DNA of 64,000 nucleotides from Macrostomum lignano (GCA_002269645.1 NIVC01002905.1:62001-126000), one strand, 5' to 3'; shown: positions 24,201-36,890, counted from the first letter of the stretch. Notes: a model not told the origin generated them from the letters alone. Translations and numbers: made by a program.

Positions 24201-27200
24201 GAAGGAGAGGAAGAGTCACGAGAAGGGAGAGGAAGAGTCACGAGAAGGGAGAGGAAAGAGTCACGAGAAGGAGAGAAGAGTCACGAGAAGAGAGAGAAAG
24301 AGTCACGAGAAGGGAGAGGAAGAGTCACGAGAAGGGAGAGGAAAGAGTCACGAGAAGGGAGAGGAAAGAGTCACGAGAAGGGAGAGGAAAGAGTCACGAG
24401 AAGGGAGAGGAAAGAGTCACGAGAAGGGAGAGGAAAGAGTCACGAGAAGGGAGAGGAAAGAGTCACGAGAAGGGAGAGGAAAGAGTCACGAGAAGAGAGG
24501 AAAGAGTCACGAGAAGGGAGGAAAGAGTCACGAGAAGGGAGAGGAAAGAGTCACGAGAAGGGAGAGGAAAGAGTCACGAGAAGAGAGAGGAAAGAGTCAC
24601 GAGAAGGGAGAGGAAAGAGTCACGAGAAGGGAGAGGAAAGAGTCACGAGAAGAGAGAGGAAAGAGTCACGAGAAGAGAGGAAAGAGTCACGAGAAGGGAG
24701 AGGAAGAGTCACGAGAAGGAGAGGAAAGAGTCACGAGAAGAGAGAGGAAAGAGTCACGAGAAGGAGAGGAAAGAGTCACGAGAAGAGAGAGGAAAGAGTC
24801 ACGAGAAGAGAGAGGAAAGAGTCACGAGAAGGGAGAGGAAAGAGTCACGAGAAGGAGAGGAAAGAGTCACGAGAAGAGAGAGGAAAGAGTCACGAGAAGG
24901 GAGAGGAAAGAGTCACGAGAAGGAGAGGAAAGAGTCACGAGAAGAGAGGAAAGAGTCACGAGAAGGAGAGGAAAGAGTCACGAGAAGGGAGAGGAAAGAG
25001 TCACGAGAAGAGAGAGGAAAGAGTCACGAGAAGGGAGAGGAAAGAGTCACGAGAAGGAGAGGAAAGAGTCACGAGAAGGAGAGGAAAGAGTCACGAGAAG
25101 GAGAGGAAAGAGTCACGAGAAGGAGAGGAAAGAGTCACGAGAAGGGAGAGGAAGAGTCACGAGAAGGAGAGGAAAGAGTCACGAGAAGGAGAGGAAAGAG
25201 TCACGAGAAGGAGAGGAAAGAGTCACGAGAAGGGAGAGGAAAGAGTCACGAGAAGGGAGAGGAAAGAGTCACGAGAAGGGAGAGGAAAGAGTCACGAGAA
25301 GGGAGAGGAAAGAGTCACGAGAAGGGAGAGGAAAGAGTCACGAGAAGGGAGAGGAAAGAGTCACGAGAAGGAGAGGAAAGAGTCACGAGAAGAGAGGAAA
25401 GAGTCACGAGAAGGGAGAGGAAAGAGTCACGAGAAGGAGAGGAAAGAGTCACGAGAAGAGAGGAAAGAGTCACGAGAAGGGAGAGGAAAGAGTCACGAGA
25501 AGGAGAGGAAAGAGTCACGAGAAGGAGAGGAAGAGTCACGAGAAGGGAGAGGAGTCACGAGAAGGAGAGGAAGAGTCACGAGAAGGGAGAGGAAAGAGTC
25601 ACGAGAAGGGAGAGGAAAGAGTCACGAGAAGGGAGAGGAAGAGTCACGAGAAGGGAGAGGAAAGAGTCACGAGAAGGGAGAGGAAAGAGTCACGAGAAGG
25701 AGAGGAAAGAGTCACGAGAAGGGAGAGGAAAGAGTCACGAGAAGGGAGAGGAAAGAGTCACGAGAAGGGAGAGGAAAGAGTCACGAGAAGGGAGAGGAAA
25801 GAGTCACGAGAAGGGAGAGGAAGAGTCACGAGAAGGGAGAGGAAGAGTCACGAGAAGGGAGAGGAAGAGTCACGAGAAGGGAGAGAAGATCACGAGAAGG
25901 GAGAGGAAGAGTCACGAGAAGGGAGAGGAAAGAGTCACGAGAAGGGAGAGGAAGAGTCACGAGAAGAGAGAGGAAAGAGTCACGAGAAGGGAGAGGAAGA
26001 GTCACGAGAAGGGAGAGGAAAGAGTCACGAGAAGGAGAGGAAAGAGTCACGAGAAGGGAGAGGAAAGAGTCACGAGAAGGAGAGGAAAGAGTCACGAGAA
26101 GGGAGAGGAAAGAGTCACGAGAAGGGAGAGGAAAGAGTCACGAGAAGGGAGAGGAAAGTCACGAGAAGGAGAGGAAAGAGTCACGAGAAGAGAGAGGAAA
26201 GAGTCACGAGAAGGGAGAGGAAGTCACGAGAAGGGAGAGGAAGAGTCACGAGAAGGAGAGGAAAGAGTCACGAGAAGGGAGAGGAAGAGTCACGAGAAGG
26301 GAGAGGAAAGAGTCACGAGAAGGGAGAGGAAAGAGTCACGAGAAGGAGAGGAAAGAGTCACGAGAAGGAGAGGAAAGAGTCACGAGAAGGGAGAGGAAAG
26401 AGTCACGAGAAGGGAGAGGAAAGAGTCACGAGAAGGAGAGGAAAGAGTCACGAGAAGGGAGAGGAAAGAGTCACGAGAAGGGAGAGGAAGAGTCACGAGA
26501 AGGGAGAGGAAAGAGTCACGAGAAGGGAGAGGAAGAGTCACGAGAAGGGAGAGGAAAGAGTCACGAGAAGGGAGAGGGAAGAGTCACGAGAAGGGAGAGG
26601 AAAGACACGAGAAGGGAGAGGAAAGAGTCACGAGAAGAGGAGAGGAAAGAGTCACGAGAAGGGAGAGGAAAGAGTCACGAGAAGGGAGGAAAGAGTCACG
26701 AGAAGGAGAGGAAAGAGTCACGAGAAGGGAGAGGAAAGAGTCACGAGAAGGGAGAGGAAAGAGTCACGAGAAGGGAGAGGAAAGAGTCACGAGAAGGGAG
26801 GGAAAGAGTCACGAGAAGGGAGAGGAAAGAGTCACGAGAAGGGAGAGGAAAGAGTCACGAGAAGGGAGAGGAAAGAGTCACGAGAAGGGAGAGGAAAGAG
26901 TCACGAGAAGGGAGAGGAAAGAGTCACGAGAAGAGAGAGGAAAGAGTCACGAGAAGGGAGAGGAAAGAGTCACGAGAAGGGAGAGGAAAGAGTCACGAGA
27001 AGGAGAGGAAAGAGTCACGAGAAGAGAGAGGAAAGAGTCACGAGAAGGGAGAGGAAGAGTCACGAGAAGGAGAGGAAAGAGTCACGAGAAGAGAGAGGAA
27101 AGAGTCACGAGAAGGGAGAGGAAAGAGTCACGAGAAGGGAGAGGAAAGAGTCACGAGAAGGAGAGGAAAGAGTCACGAGAAGAGAGAGGAAAGAGTCACG

Positions 27201-30200
27201 AGAAGGAGAGGAAAGAGTCACGAGAAGAGAGAGGAAAGAGTCACGAGAAGAGAGAGGAAAGAGTCACGAGAAGGAGAGGAAAGAGTCACGAGAAGGAGAG
27301 GAAAGAGTCACGAGAAGAGAGAGGAAAGAGTCACGAGAAGAGAGGAAGAGTCACGAGAAGAGAGGAAAGAGTCACGAGAAGGAGAGGAAAGAGTCACGAG
27401 AAGGGAGAGGAAAGAGTCACGAGAAGGAGAGGAAAGAGTCACGAGAAGGAGAGGAAAGAGTCACGAGAAGGGAGAGGAAGAGTCACGAGAAGGGAGAGGA
27501 AGAGTCACGAGAAGGGAGAGGAAGAGTCACGAGAAGGGAGAGGAAAGAGTCACGAGAAGGGAGAGGAAGAGTCACGAGAAGGGAGAGGGAAGAGTCACGA
27601 GAAGGGAGAGGAAGAGTCACGAGAAGGGAGAGGAAGAGTCACGAGAAGAGAGAGGAAGAGTCACGAGAAGGGAGAGGAAGAGTCACGAGAAGGGAGAGGA
27701 AAGAGTCACGAGAAGGGAGAGGAAAGAGTCACGAGAAGGGAGAGGAAAGAGTCACGAGAAGGGAGAGGAAAGAGTCACGAGAAGGGAGAGGAAAGAGTCA
27801 CGAGAAGGAGAGGAAAGAGTCACGAGAAGGGAGAGGAAAGAGTCACGAGAAGGGAGAGGAAAGAGTCACGAGAAGGAGAGAGGAAGAGTCACGAGAAGAG
27901 AGGAAAGAGTCACGAGAAGGGAGGAGTCACGAGAAGGGAGAGGAAGAGTCACGAGAAGAGAGAGGAAGAGTCACGAGAAGGGAGAGGAAAGAGTCACGAG
28001 AAGGGAGAGGAAGAGTCACGAGAAGGGAGAGGAAAGAGTCACGAGAAGGGAGAGGAAAGAGTCACGAGAATGGAGAGGAAAGAGTCACGAGAAGGGAGAG
28101 GAAAGAGTCACGAGAAGGGAGAGGAAAGAGTCACGAGAAGAGAGAGGGAAGAGTCACGAGAAGGGAGAGGAAGAGTCACGAGAAGGGAGAGGGAAGAGTC
28201 ACGAGAAGGGAGAGGAAGAGTCACGAGAAGGGAGAGGAAAGAGTCACGAGAAGGGAGAGGGGAGAGTCACGAGAAGGGAGAGGAAGAGTCACGAGAAGGA
28301 GAGGAAAGAGTCACGAGAAGGGAGAGGAAGAGACACGAGAAGAGAGACAGAAGATACACGAGAAGGGAGAGGGAAGAGTCACGAGAAGGGAGAGGAAAGA
28401 GTCACGAGAAGGGAGAGGAAAGAGTCACGAGAAGAGAGAGGAAAGAGTCACGAGAAGGGAGAGGAAAGAGTCACGAGAAGGGAGAGGAAAGAGTCACTAG
28501 AAGGGAGAGGAAAGAGTCACGAGAAGGGAGAGGAAAGAGTCACGAGAAGGGAGAGGAAAGAGTCACGAGAATGGAGAGGAAAGAGTCACGAGAAGGGAGA
28601 GGAAAGAGTCACGAGAAGGGAGAGGAAAAGTCACGAGAAGAGAGAGGAAAGAGTCACGATAAGAGAGAGGAAAGAGTCACGAGAAGGGAGAGGAAAGAGT
28701 CACGAGAAGGGAGAGGAAAGTCACGATAAGAGAGAGGAAAGAGTCACGAGAAGGGAGAGGAAAGAGTCACGAGAAGGGAGAGGAAAGTGTCACGAGAAGA
28801 GAGAGGAAGAGTCACGATAAGAGAGGAAAGAGTCACGAGAAGGGAGAGGAAGAGTCACGAGAAGGAGAGGAAAGAGTCACGAGAAGAGAGAGGAAAGAGT
28901 CACGAGAAGGGAGAGGAAAGAGTCACGAGAAGAGAGAGGAAAGAGTCACGAGAAGAGAGAGGAAAGAGTCACGAGAAGGGAGAGGAAAGAGTCACGAGAA
29001 GAGAGAGGAAAGAGTCACGAGAAGAGAGAGGAAAGAGTCACGAGAAGAGGAGAGGAAGAGTCACGAGAAGGGAGAGGAAAGAGTCACGAGAAGAGAGAGG
29101 AAAGAGTCACGAGAAGGGAGAGGAAAGAGTCACGAGAAGAGAGGAAAGAGTCACGATAAGAGAGAGGAAAGAGTCACGAGAAGGAGAGGAAAGAGTCACG
29201 AGAAGGAGAGGAAAGAGTCACGAGAAGAGAGAGGAAAGAGTCACGAGAAGAGGAGAGGAAGAGTCACGAGAAGGGAGAGGAAAGAGTCACGAGAAGAGAG
29301 AGGAAGAGTCACGAGAAGGAGAGGAAAGAGTCACGAGAAGGGAGAGGAAAGAGTCACGAGAAGGGAGAGGAAAGAGTCACGAGAAGGGAGAGGAAAAAGT
29401 CACGAGAAGAGAGAGGAAAGAGTCACGATAAGAGAGAGGAAAGAGTCACGAGAAGGGAGAGGAAAGAGTCACGAGAAGGGAGAGGAAAGAGTCACGAGAA
29501 GAGAGAGGGAAGAGTCACGATAAGAGAGAGGAAAGAGTCACGAGAAGGGAGAGGAAAGAGTCACGAGAAGAGAGAGGAAAGAGTCACGAGAAGGGAGAGG
29601 AAAGAGTCACGAGAAGGGAGAGGAAAGAGTCACGAGAAGAGAGAGGAAAGAGTCACGAGAAGAGAGAGGAAAGAGTCACGAGAAGGGAGAGGAAGAGTCA
29701 CGAGAAGGGAGAGGAAAGAGTCACGAGAAGAGAGAGGAAAGAGTCACGAGAAGGGAGAGGAAAGAGTCACGAGAAGGAGAGGAAAGAGTCACGAGAAGAG
29801 AGAGGAAAGAGTCACGAGAAGGGAGAGGAAAGAGTCACGAGAAGGGAGAGGAAAGAGTCACGAGAAGAGAGAGGAAAGAGTCACGAGAAGGGAGAGGGAA
29901 GAGTCACGAGAAGGGAGAGGAAAGAGTCACGAGAAGAGAGAGGGAAGAGTCACGAGAAGGGAGAGGAAAGAGTCACGAGAAGGAGAGAAAGAGTCACGAG
30001 AAGGGAGAGGAAGAGTCACGAGAAGGGAGAGGAAAGAGTCACGAGAAGGGAGAGGAAAGAGTCACGAGAAGAGAGAGGAAGAGTCACGAGAAGGGAGAGG
30101 AAAGAGTCACGAGAAGGAGAGGAAAGAGTCACGAGAAGGAGAGGAAAGAGTCACGAGAAGGGAGAGGAAAGAGTCACGAGAAGGGAGAGGAAAGAGTCAC

Positions 30201-32640
30201 GAGAAGGGAGAGGAAAGAGTCACGAGAAGGGAGAGGAAAGAGTCACGAGAAGGGAGAGGAAAGAGTCACGAGAAGGGAGAGGAAAGAGTCACGAGAAGGG
30301 AGAGGAAAGAGTCACGAGAAGGGAGAGGAAGAGTCACGAGAAGGGAGAGGAAAGAGTCACGAGAAGGGAGAGGGAAGAGTCACGAGAAGGGAGAGGGAAG
30401 AGACACGAGAAGAGAGACAGAAGATCACGAGAAGAGAGAGGAAGAGTCACGAGAAGGGAGAGGAAAGAGTCACGAGAAGGGAGAGGAAAGAGTCACGAGA
30501 AGAGAGAGGAAAGAGTCACGAGAAGGGAGAGGAAAGAGTCACGAGAAGGGAGAGGAAAGAGTCACGAGAAGGGAGAGGAAAGAGTCACGAGAAGGGAGAG
30601 GAAAGAGTCACGAGAAGGGAGAGGAAAGAGTCACGAGAAGGGAGAGGAAAGAGTCACGAGAAGGAGAGGAAAGAGTCACGAGAAGGGAGAGGAAGAGTCA
30701 CGAGAAGGGAGAGGAAAGAGTCACGAGAAGGGAGAGGAAAGAGTCACGAGAAGGGAGAGGAAAGAGTCACGAGAAGGGAGAGGAAGAGTCACGAGAAGGG
30801 AGAGGAAAGAGTCACGAGAAGGGAGAGGAAAGAGTCACGAGAAGGGAGAGGAAAGAGTCACGAGAAGGGAGAGGAAAGAGTCACGAGAAGGGAAAGGGAA
30901 GAGTCACGAGAAGGGAGAGGAAGAGTCACGAGAAGAGAGAGGAAAGAGTCACGAGAAGGGAGAGGAAGAGTCACGAGAAGAGAGAGGAAAGAGTCACGAG
31001 AAGGGAGAGGAAAGAGTCACGAGAAGAGAGAAAGAGTCACGAGAAGGGAGAGGAAAGAGTCACGAGAAGAGAGAGGGAAGAGTCACGAGAAGGGAGAGGA
31101 AAGAGTCACGAGAAGGGAGAGGAAAGAGTCACGAGAAGGGAGAGGAAAGAGTCACGAGAAGGGAGAGGAAAGAGTCACGAGAAGGGAGAGGAAAGAGTCA
31201 CGAGAAGGGAGAGGAAAGAGTCACGAGAAGGGAGAGGAAAGAGTCACGAGAAGGGAGAGGAAAGAGTCACGAGAAGGGAGAGGGAAGAGTCACGAGAAGG
31301 GAGAGAAAGAGTCACGAGAAGAGAGAAGAAGAGACACGAGAAGGGAGAGGAAGAGTCACGAGAAGGGAGAGGAAAGAGTCACGAGAAGGGAGAGGAAAGA
31401 GTCACGAGAAGGGAGAGGAAGAGTCACGAGAAGGGAGAGGAAAGAGTCACGAGAAGGGAGAGGAAAGAGTCACGAGAAGGGAGAGGAAAGAGTCACGAGA
31501 AGGGAGAGGAAAGAGTCACGAGAAGGGAGAGGAAAGAGTCACGAGAAGGGAGAGAGAAGAGTCACGAGAAGGGAGAGGAAAGAGTCACGAGAAGGGAGAG
31601 GAAAGAGTCACGAGAAGGGAGAGGAAAGTCACGAGAAGGGAGAGGAAAGAGTCACGAGAAGGGAGAGGAAAGAGTCACGAGAAGGGAGAGGAAAGAGTCA
31701 CGAGAAGGGAGAGGAAAGAGTCACGAGAAGGGAGAGGAAAGAGTCACGAGAAGGGAGAGGAAAGAGTCACGAGAAGGGAGAGGAAAGAGTCACGAGAAGG
31801 GAGAGGAAAGAGTCACGAGAAGGGAGAGGAAAGAGTCACGAGAAGGGAGAGGGAAGAGACACGAGAAGAGAGAGAAGAGTCACGAGAAGAGAGAGGAAGA
31901 GACACGAGAAGAGAGAGAAGAGACACGAGAAGAGAGAGAAGAGTCACGAGAAGAGAGAAAGAGTTACACGAGAAGAGAGAGAAGAGTCACGAGAAGGGAG
32001 AGGGAAGAGTCACGAGAAGGGAGAGGAAAGAGTCACGAGAAGGGAGAGGAAAGAGTCACGAGAAGGGAGAGGAAAGAGTCACGAGAAGGGAGAGGAAAGA
32101 GTCACGAGAAGGGAGAGGAAAGAGTCACGAGAAGGGAGAGGAAAGAGTCACGAGAAGGGAGAGGAAAGTCACGAGAAGGGAGAGGAAAGAGTCACGAGAA
32201 GGGAGAGGAAAGAGTCACGAGAAGGGAGAGGAAAGAGTCACGAGAAGGGAGAGGAAAGAGTCACGAGAAGGGAGAGGAAAGAGTCACGAGAAGGGAGAGG
32301 AAAGAGTCACGAGAAGGGAGAGGAAAGAGTCACGAGAAGGGAGAGGAAAGAGTCACGAGAAGGGAGAGGAAAGAGTCACGAGAAGGGAGAGGAAGAGTCA
32401 CGAGAAGGGAGAGGAAGAGTCACGAGAAGGGAGAGGAAAGAGTCACGAGAAGGGAGAGGAAAGAGTCACGAGAAGGGAGAGGAAAGAGTCACGAGAAGGG
32501 AGAGGAAAGAGTCACGAGAAGGGAGAGGAAAGAGTCACGAGAAGGGAGAGGAAAGAGTCACGAGAAGGGAGAGGAAAGAGTCACGAGAAGGGAGAGGAAA
32601 GAGTCACGAGAAGGGAGAGGAAAGAGTCACGAGAAGAGAT
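15224..32640. repeat. 17.4-kb purine-rich 23-bp satellite, roughly 750-800 copies, in P2X intron 1
   Basis: Unit GAGTCACGAGAAGGGAGAGGAAA with 20-23-bp variants, plus a GAGACACGAGAAGAGAGACAGAA sub-block at about 15400-15660. Confidence 0.99.
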
Positions 32641-32739
32641 AAGAGAGAATAGACAAGACGAGAAAGGAGAATAAATGTGCAAGTGTATGTATTCGTTGAT
32701 TTACACTCCTCTCGATCAATGTCCGTGTACCACCTGCAG

Positions 32740-32920
32740 GCCTTGAGTACACGAACTACAGCAATATCCCATCTATTGGGGATCGAATCTGGGACGTGGC
32801 TGACTGGGCGATACCACCTCAGATGAACAGCGCCTTCTTTGTTACCACCAACGTGGTAATTACTAAGAATCAGACGCACTCTACTTGCGAAGAGGACAAA
32901 GACAACAAGTGGCATGCAAG
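32740..32920 (+). CDS. P2RX4: P2X receptor exon 2
   Basis: Acceptor CTGCAG|GC. Translates GLEYTNYSNIPSIGDRIWDVADWAIPPQMNSAFFVTTNVVITKNQTHSTCEEDKDNKWHA (RIWDVAD and NQT..C signatures). Phase-2 donor AG|GTGAGT. Absent from the ORF track. Confidence 0.95.
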
Positions 32921-32962
32921 GTGAGTTGTTCTGGCAGCTGTTTAAAAGACTGGATTAATAAT

Positions 32963-33167
32963 GAGTGAGGTGTGTGTGGAGTGAGGTGGGTGCGGAGTGA
33001 GGTGGGTGTGAATTGAGGTTGGTGCGGAGTGAGGTGTGTGTGAAGTGAGGTGGGTGCGGAGTGAGGTGGGTGTGAATTGAGGTGGCTGTAGAGTGAGGTG
33101 GGTGAGGAGTGAGGTGGGTGTGAAGTGAGGTGTTAGTGGAGTGAGGTGTTAGTGGAGTGAGGTGGGT
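32963..33167 (+). repeat. 16-bp minisatellite (GGAGTGAGGTGGGTGT)n in P2X intron 2
   Basis: Read directly; G-rich orientation. Confidence 0.93.
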
Positions 33168-33241
33168 GCAAATATATATTGCTTCTGTGCACTACTGAAA
33201 GTGTGCAATATATTCTCGTCGAATGCGGTATCATCCCACAG

Positions 33242-33407
33242 CTGCAAGTCAGACGCGGACTGCGAGAAAGGCCACGTCCACCTGCTAGGCTGGGGTGTTC
33301 GCACGGGCAGGTGCATCAACAGCACCAGAGAGCCCAACCTGACTGTGTGCGAGATCTACGGCTGGTGTCCGACTGAGCAGGACAAACTGCCGCTTGGCAA
33401 AGACGAG
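33242..33407 (+). CDS. P2RX4: P2X receptor exon 3 (Cys-rich head domain)
   Basis: Acceptor CCCACAG|C. Translates CKSDADCEKGHVHLLGWGVRTGRCINSTREPNLTVCEIYGWCPTEQDKLPLGKDE (TGRC and CEIxGWCPxE). Phase-0 donor GAG|GTTTGT. Confidence 0.95.
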
Positions 33408-33544
33408 GTTTGTGGCTTTAGCAGTACATGCAGTTGGTACGCTCGTTAAGTATTTCAACTACTGACTAACAACCTTATACATGATTATCATCGGACGCGC
33501 ATCCCGTCTTCACGCTCACAACTCATCACCCACCTCAGTCATCA

Positions 33545-33905
33545 CTATAGACACACTCCTCACTCACCACCCACCCCTCACTCCACACACACCTCACTCC
33601 ACTTCTACCTCATTCCATACAAACTTTACTCCATACCCACCTAACTCCACACACACCTCACTTCCCACCCACCTCACTCCTCACCTAACTCACTCCACAC
33701 GCACCTCACTCCGCACCCACCTCACTCCGCACCTACCTCACTCCACACCCTCCTCACTCCTCACCCACCTCACTCCGCACCCACCTCACTCCGCACCTAC
33801 CTCACTCCACACCCACCTCACTCCGCACTCACCTCATTCTACACTCACCTCACTCCATACCCACCTGACCTCAATCAACATCCACTTCACTCCGCATCTA
33901 CCTCA
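33545..33905 (-). repeat. Same 16-bp minisatellite in inverted orientation (ACACCCACCTCACTCC)n, P2X intron 3
   Basis: Degenerate reverse complement of the 32963-33167 unit. Confidence 0.9.
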
Positions 33906-34621
33906 TTATGCACCCAATTCACACTTCGCCTGATGTCCTCAGTCCTCGCCAAACACTCAGCAAAACAGTAAATATTTCATGCCACTGTCTGCAATAGGCC
34001 GTCACTGCAATACTATATGTGACTACACTTCCAGTGAACACTCAAATTGTTGCAGTTTTCGCGGCTTCCCTATATTGACCTTTCTGTAATTTTGTTTTTT
34101 TTGTTGGCCGCCCCAAAGCAGCAGAAAGAGTTTCCGCTCATTAAAATCTACTACTGATGGGGAATGGGGGTGATGAATGGAAGCTGCAGTCTGTGCCAGA
34201 ATGAGGGATATGGTAGTGCAGAAGTCCTATTCTATTTAGGGCTAAAAAAAGCAAGGATTTCTATAACCAGCATAACTGCCGCGTACATTTACATGTGTCC
34301 GGTGCATTTGTCCATGAAGAGGCATTTAGTACAGAAACTTGGCTCTGCTGCTGACAGAGCTTCAGAATTAATTGAATAATTATCAGGAGGTAATAAAGAG
34401 CAATTAGAGACACCAATTAATCATATTTATAACCAGCTAGGGACGCAGTGACTTTGTGAGTGAATGGTTAAAAAATTATAAAAAGAAGAAAACGATTATG
34501 TTGAAAAAAAATTGAGAAAACTTATAGCCGCATAACTGCTGAGGCTAAAATATACTACTTAATAAAGTAGGCTAGCATTTTCTTTGGCGCAGTGCCAAAC
34601 AGTTTGATATCTACCAATTCT

Positions 34622-35112
34622 TTCTGATGAGTTCTACCCATTCTCGTTGATGAGTTCTACCCATTCTTACTGATGAGTTCTACCCATTCTTACTGAGAGT
34701 TCTACCCATTCTTACTGAGAGTTCTACCCATTCTTACTGAGAGTTCTATCCATTCTTACTGAGAGTCCTACCCATTCTTACTGAGAGTTCTACCCATTCT
34801 TACTGAGAGTTCTATCCATTCTTACTGAGAGTTCTACCCATTCTTACTGAGAGTCCTACCCATTCTTACTGAGAGTTCTACCCATTCTTACTGAGAGTTC
34901 TATCCATTCTTACTGAGAGTTCTACCCATTCTTACTGAGAGTCCTACCCATTCTTACTGAGAGTTCTATCCTTTCTTACTGAGAGTTCTACCCATTCTTA
35001 CTGATGAGTTCTACTCATTCTTACTGATGAGTTCTACCCATTCTTACTGGAGAGTTCTACCCATTCTTACTGGAGAGTTCTACCCATTCTTACTGATGAG
35101 TTCTACCCGTTT
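34622..35112. repeat. 22-bp minisatellite (GAGTTCTACCCATTCTTACTGA)n
   Basis: Read directly; ends about 75 bp before exon 4. Confidence 0.97.
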
Positions 35113-35186
35113 CAACTGAGTAGTTCTAACCTTATCAAATTACCTTATTTAATAAAGCTGCCTTCGCCCACAACAAAAAATTCCAG

Positions 35187-35427
35187 GTGCTAATGACCCG
35201 AGTGAAAAACTTCACCGTATTAATTAAAAACAGCGTGGAATTTCCCAAATTCAAAGTGAAACGTCGGAACATCCTGTCCTCAATGACTGACAGATATTTG
35301 AAGACGTGCAAATACAATCCGGACAGTCCAGTTGATAAATACTGTCCAATATTCCGTTTGGGTGACATTATCAAGTACGGACAGTCAATCAGTCAGGAGG
35401 CTGCAAAACAAATTTGGATCACGGGAG
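35187..35427 (+). CDS. P2RX4: P2X receptor exon 4
   Basis: Acceptor TTCCAG|GTG. Translates VLMTRVKNFTVLIKNSVEFPKFKVKRRNIL...YLKTCKY...YCPIFRLGDII...GG. Phase-1 donor G|GTGAGA. Confidence 0.95.
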
Positions 35428-35504
35428 GTGAGATTACTATTGACAAGTATTTGGCGTAAATATAGTTATTAATCTGATGAATATTTAAGATAAGACAGGG
35501 ACCG

Positions 35505-36245
35505 GCTTGGGTGAAGAGTCACTGACTTGGTGAAATTTGACTTGGGTGAAGTGTGAATTGGGTGAAGCGTGGTTTGGTTGAAGAGTGACTTGGGTGAAGA
35601 GTGTTTTGGTTGAAGAGTGACTTTGGTGAAGAGTGTTTTGGTTGAAGAGTGACTTGGGTGAAGAGTGGTTTGGTTGAAGAGTGACTTGGGTGAAGAGTGG
35701 TTTGGTTGGAAGAGTGACTTGGGTGAAGAGTGGTTTGGTTGGAAGAGTGACTTGGGTGAAGAGTGGTTTGGTTGGAAGAGTGACTTGGGTGAAGAGTGGT
35801 TTGGTTGGAAGAGTGACTTGGGTGAAGAGTGGTTTGGTTGGAAGAGTGACTTGGGTGAAGAGTGGTTTGGTTGGAAGAGTGACTTGGGTGAAGAGTGGTT
35901 TGGTTGGAAGAGTGACTTGGGTGAAGAGTGGTTTGGTTGGAAGAGTGACTTGGGTGAAGAGTGGTTTGGTTGGAAGAGTGACTTGGGTGAAGAGTGGTTT
36001 GGTTGGAAGAGTGACTTGGGTGAAGAGTGGTTTGGTTGGAAGAGTGACTTGGGTGAAGAGTGGTTTGGTTGGAAGAGTGACTTGGGTGAAGAGTGGTTTG
36101 GTTGGAAGAGTGACTTGGGTGAAGAGTGGTTTGGTTGAAGAGACTTGAGTGAACAGTGACTGAATTGGGTGAAGAGTAGCTTGAGGGAAGAGTGGCTTGG
36201 GTGAAGTTTGGCTTGGGTGGAATGTGGCTTGGGTGAAGAGTGAGT
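35505..36245. repeat. 33-bp minisatellite (GAGTGACTTGGGTGAAGAGTGGTTTGGTTGGAA)n
   Basis: About 14 perfect central copies with degenerate edges. Confidence 0.97.
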
Positions 36246-36329
36246 CTTACTTTTGTCCTATGACCCTGTGGAAGGTGAACGGAGGCTCTGCAAAAGGCTA
36301 ATTAGTAAGTAATTATGATATTCTTGCAG

Positions 36330-36450
36330 GCATGGTGGCCATCGATATTCACTGGGAATGCAATTTCGACTTCGACGAGGAGCACTGCAAACCGGACTAC
36401 AGATTTCGCAGTCTGGAGGACGGCAAAGTCGGTCAGGGTTGGAATTTTCG
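36330..36450 (+). CDS. P2RX4: P2X receptor exon 5
   Basis: Acceptor TTGCAG|GC. Translates GMVAIDIHWECNFDFDEEHCKPDYRFRSLEDGKVGQGWNFR (WxCxxD, CxPxYxFR and the NFR ATP-binding motif). Phase-2 donor CG|GTCAGT. Confidence 0.95.
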
Positions 36451-36611
36451 GTCAGTAATGATGCATGTAGCTGTCGTTTTGATTTTGCGTAATTTTCTGC
36501 ATTTACTACTTAGGTAAATACGAATAGTATAGTGAGTGGTACGTGTCGATTTGAACAACTGATCCCCAGAATTTTTTTTAAATTTCTACACAATTGCATC
36601 TTAATTAATAT

Positions 36612-36890
36612 TTAAACAAAATCTAAACCCCGATCTAAACACACTATAAACACACATTTTAAACCATATAAATGCACACTGTAAACGCACATTATAAACC
36701 ACCACTTAAACACACTTGTAAACACACATCTAAACCACAATCTAAACAGACTGTAAACACACATTCTAAACCACAATATAAATACACACTGTAAACACAC
36801 ATTCTAAACCACAATATAAATACACACTGTAAACACACATTCTAAACCACAATATAAATACACACTGTAAACACACATTTTAAACCATAG
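36612..36890. repeat. 38-bp AC-rich minisatellite built from 12-14-bp subunits
   Basis: AATACACACTG recurs at 36781 and 36819. Confidence 0.9.

Noticed and set aside
15211-29431. Giant ORFs of 3137, 1610 and 415 aa rich in R, E, K and S
   Set aside because: They lie in the 23-bp satellite, where the only T is followed by C, so no stop can form in any plus frame. They overlap in different frames and sit inside a P2X intron.
34622-35112. TGATGA and CTGA in the 22-bp unit resembling snoRNA C/D boxes or a hammerhead core
   Set aside because: TGATGA occurs in only a few units, the spacing is far too short for a snoRNA, and no GAAA box follows.
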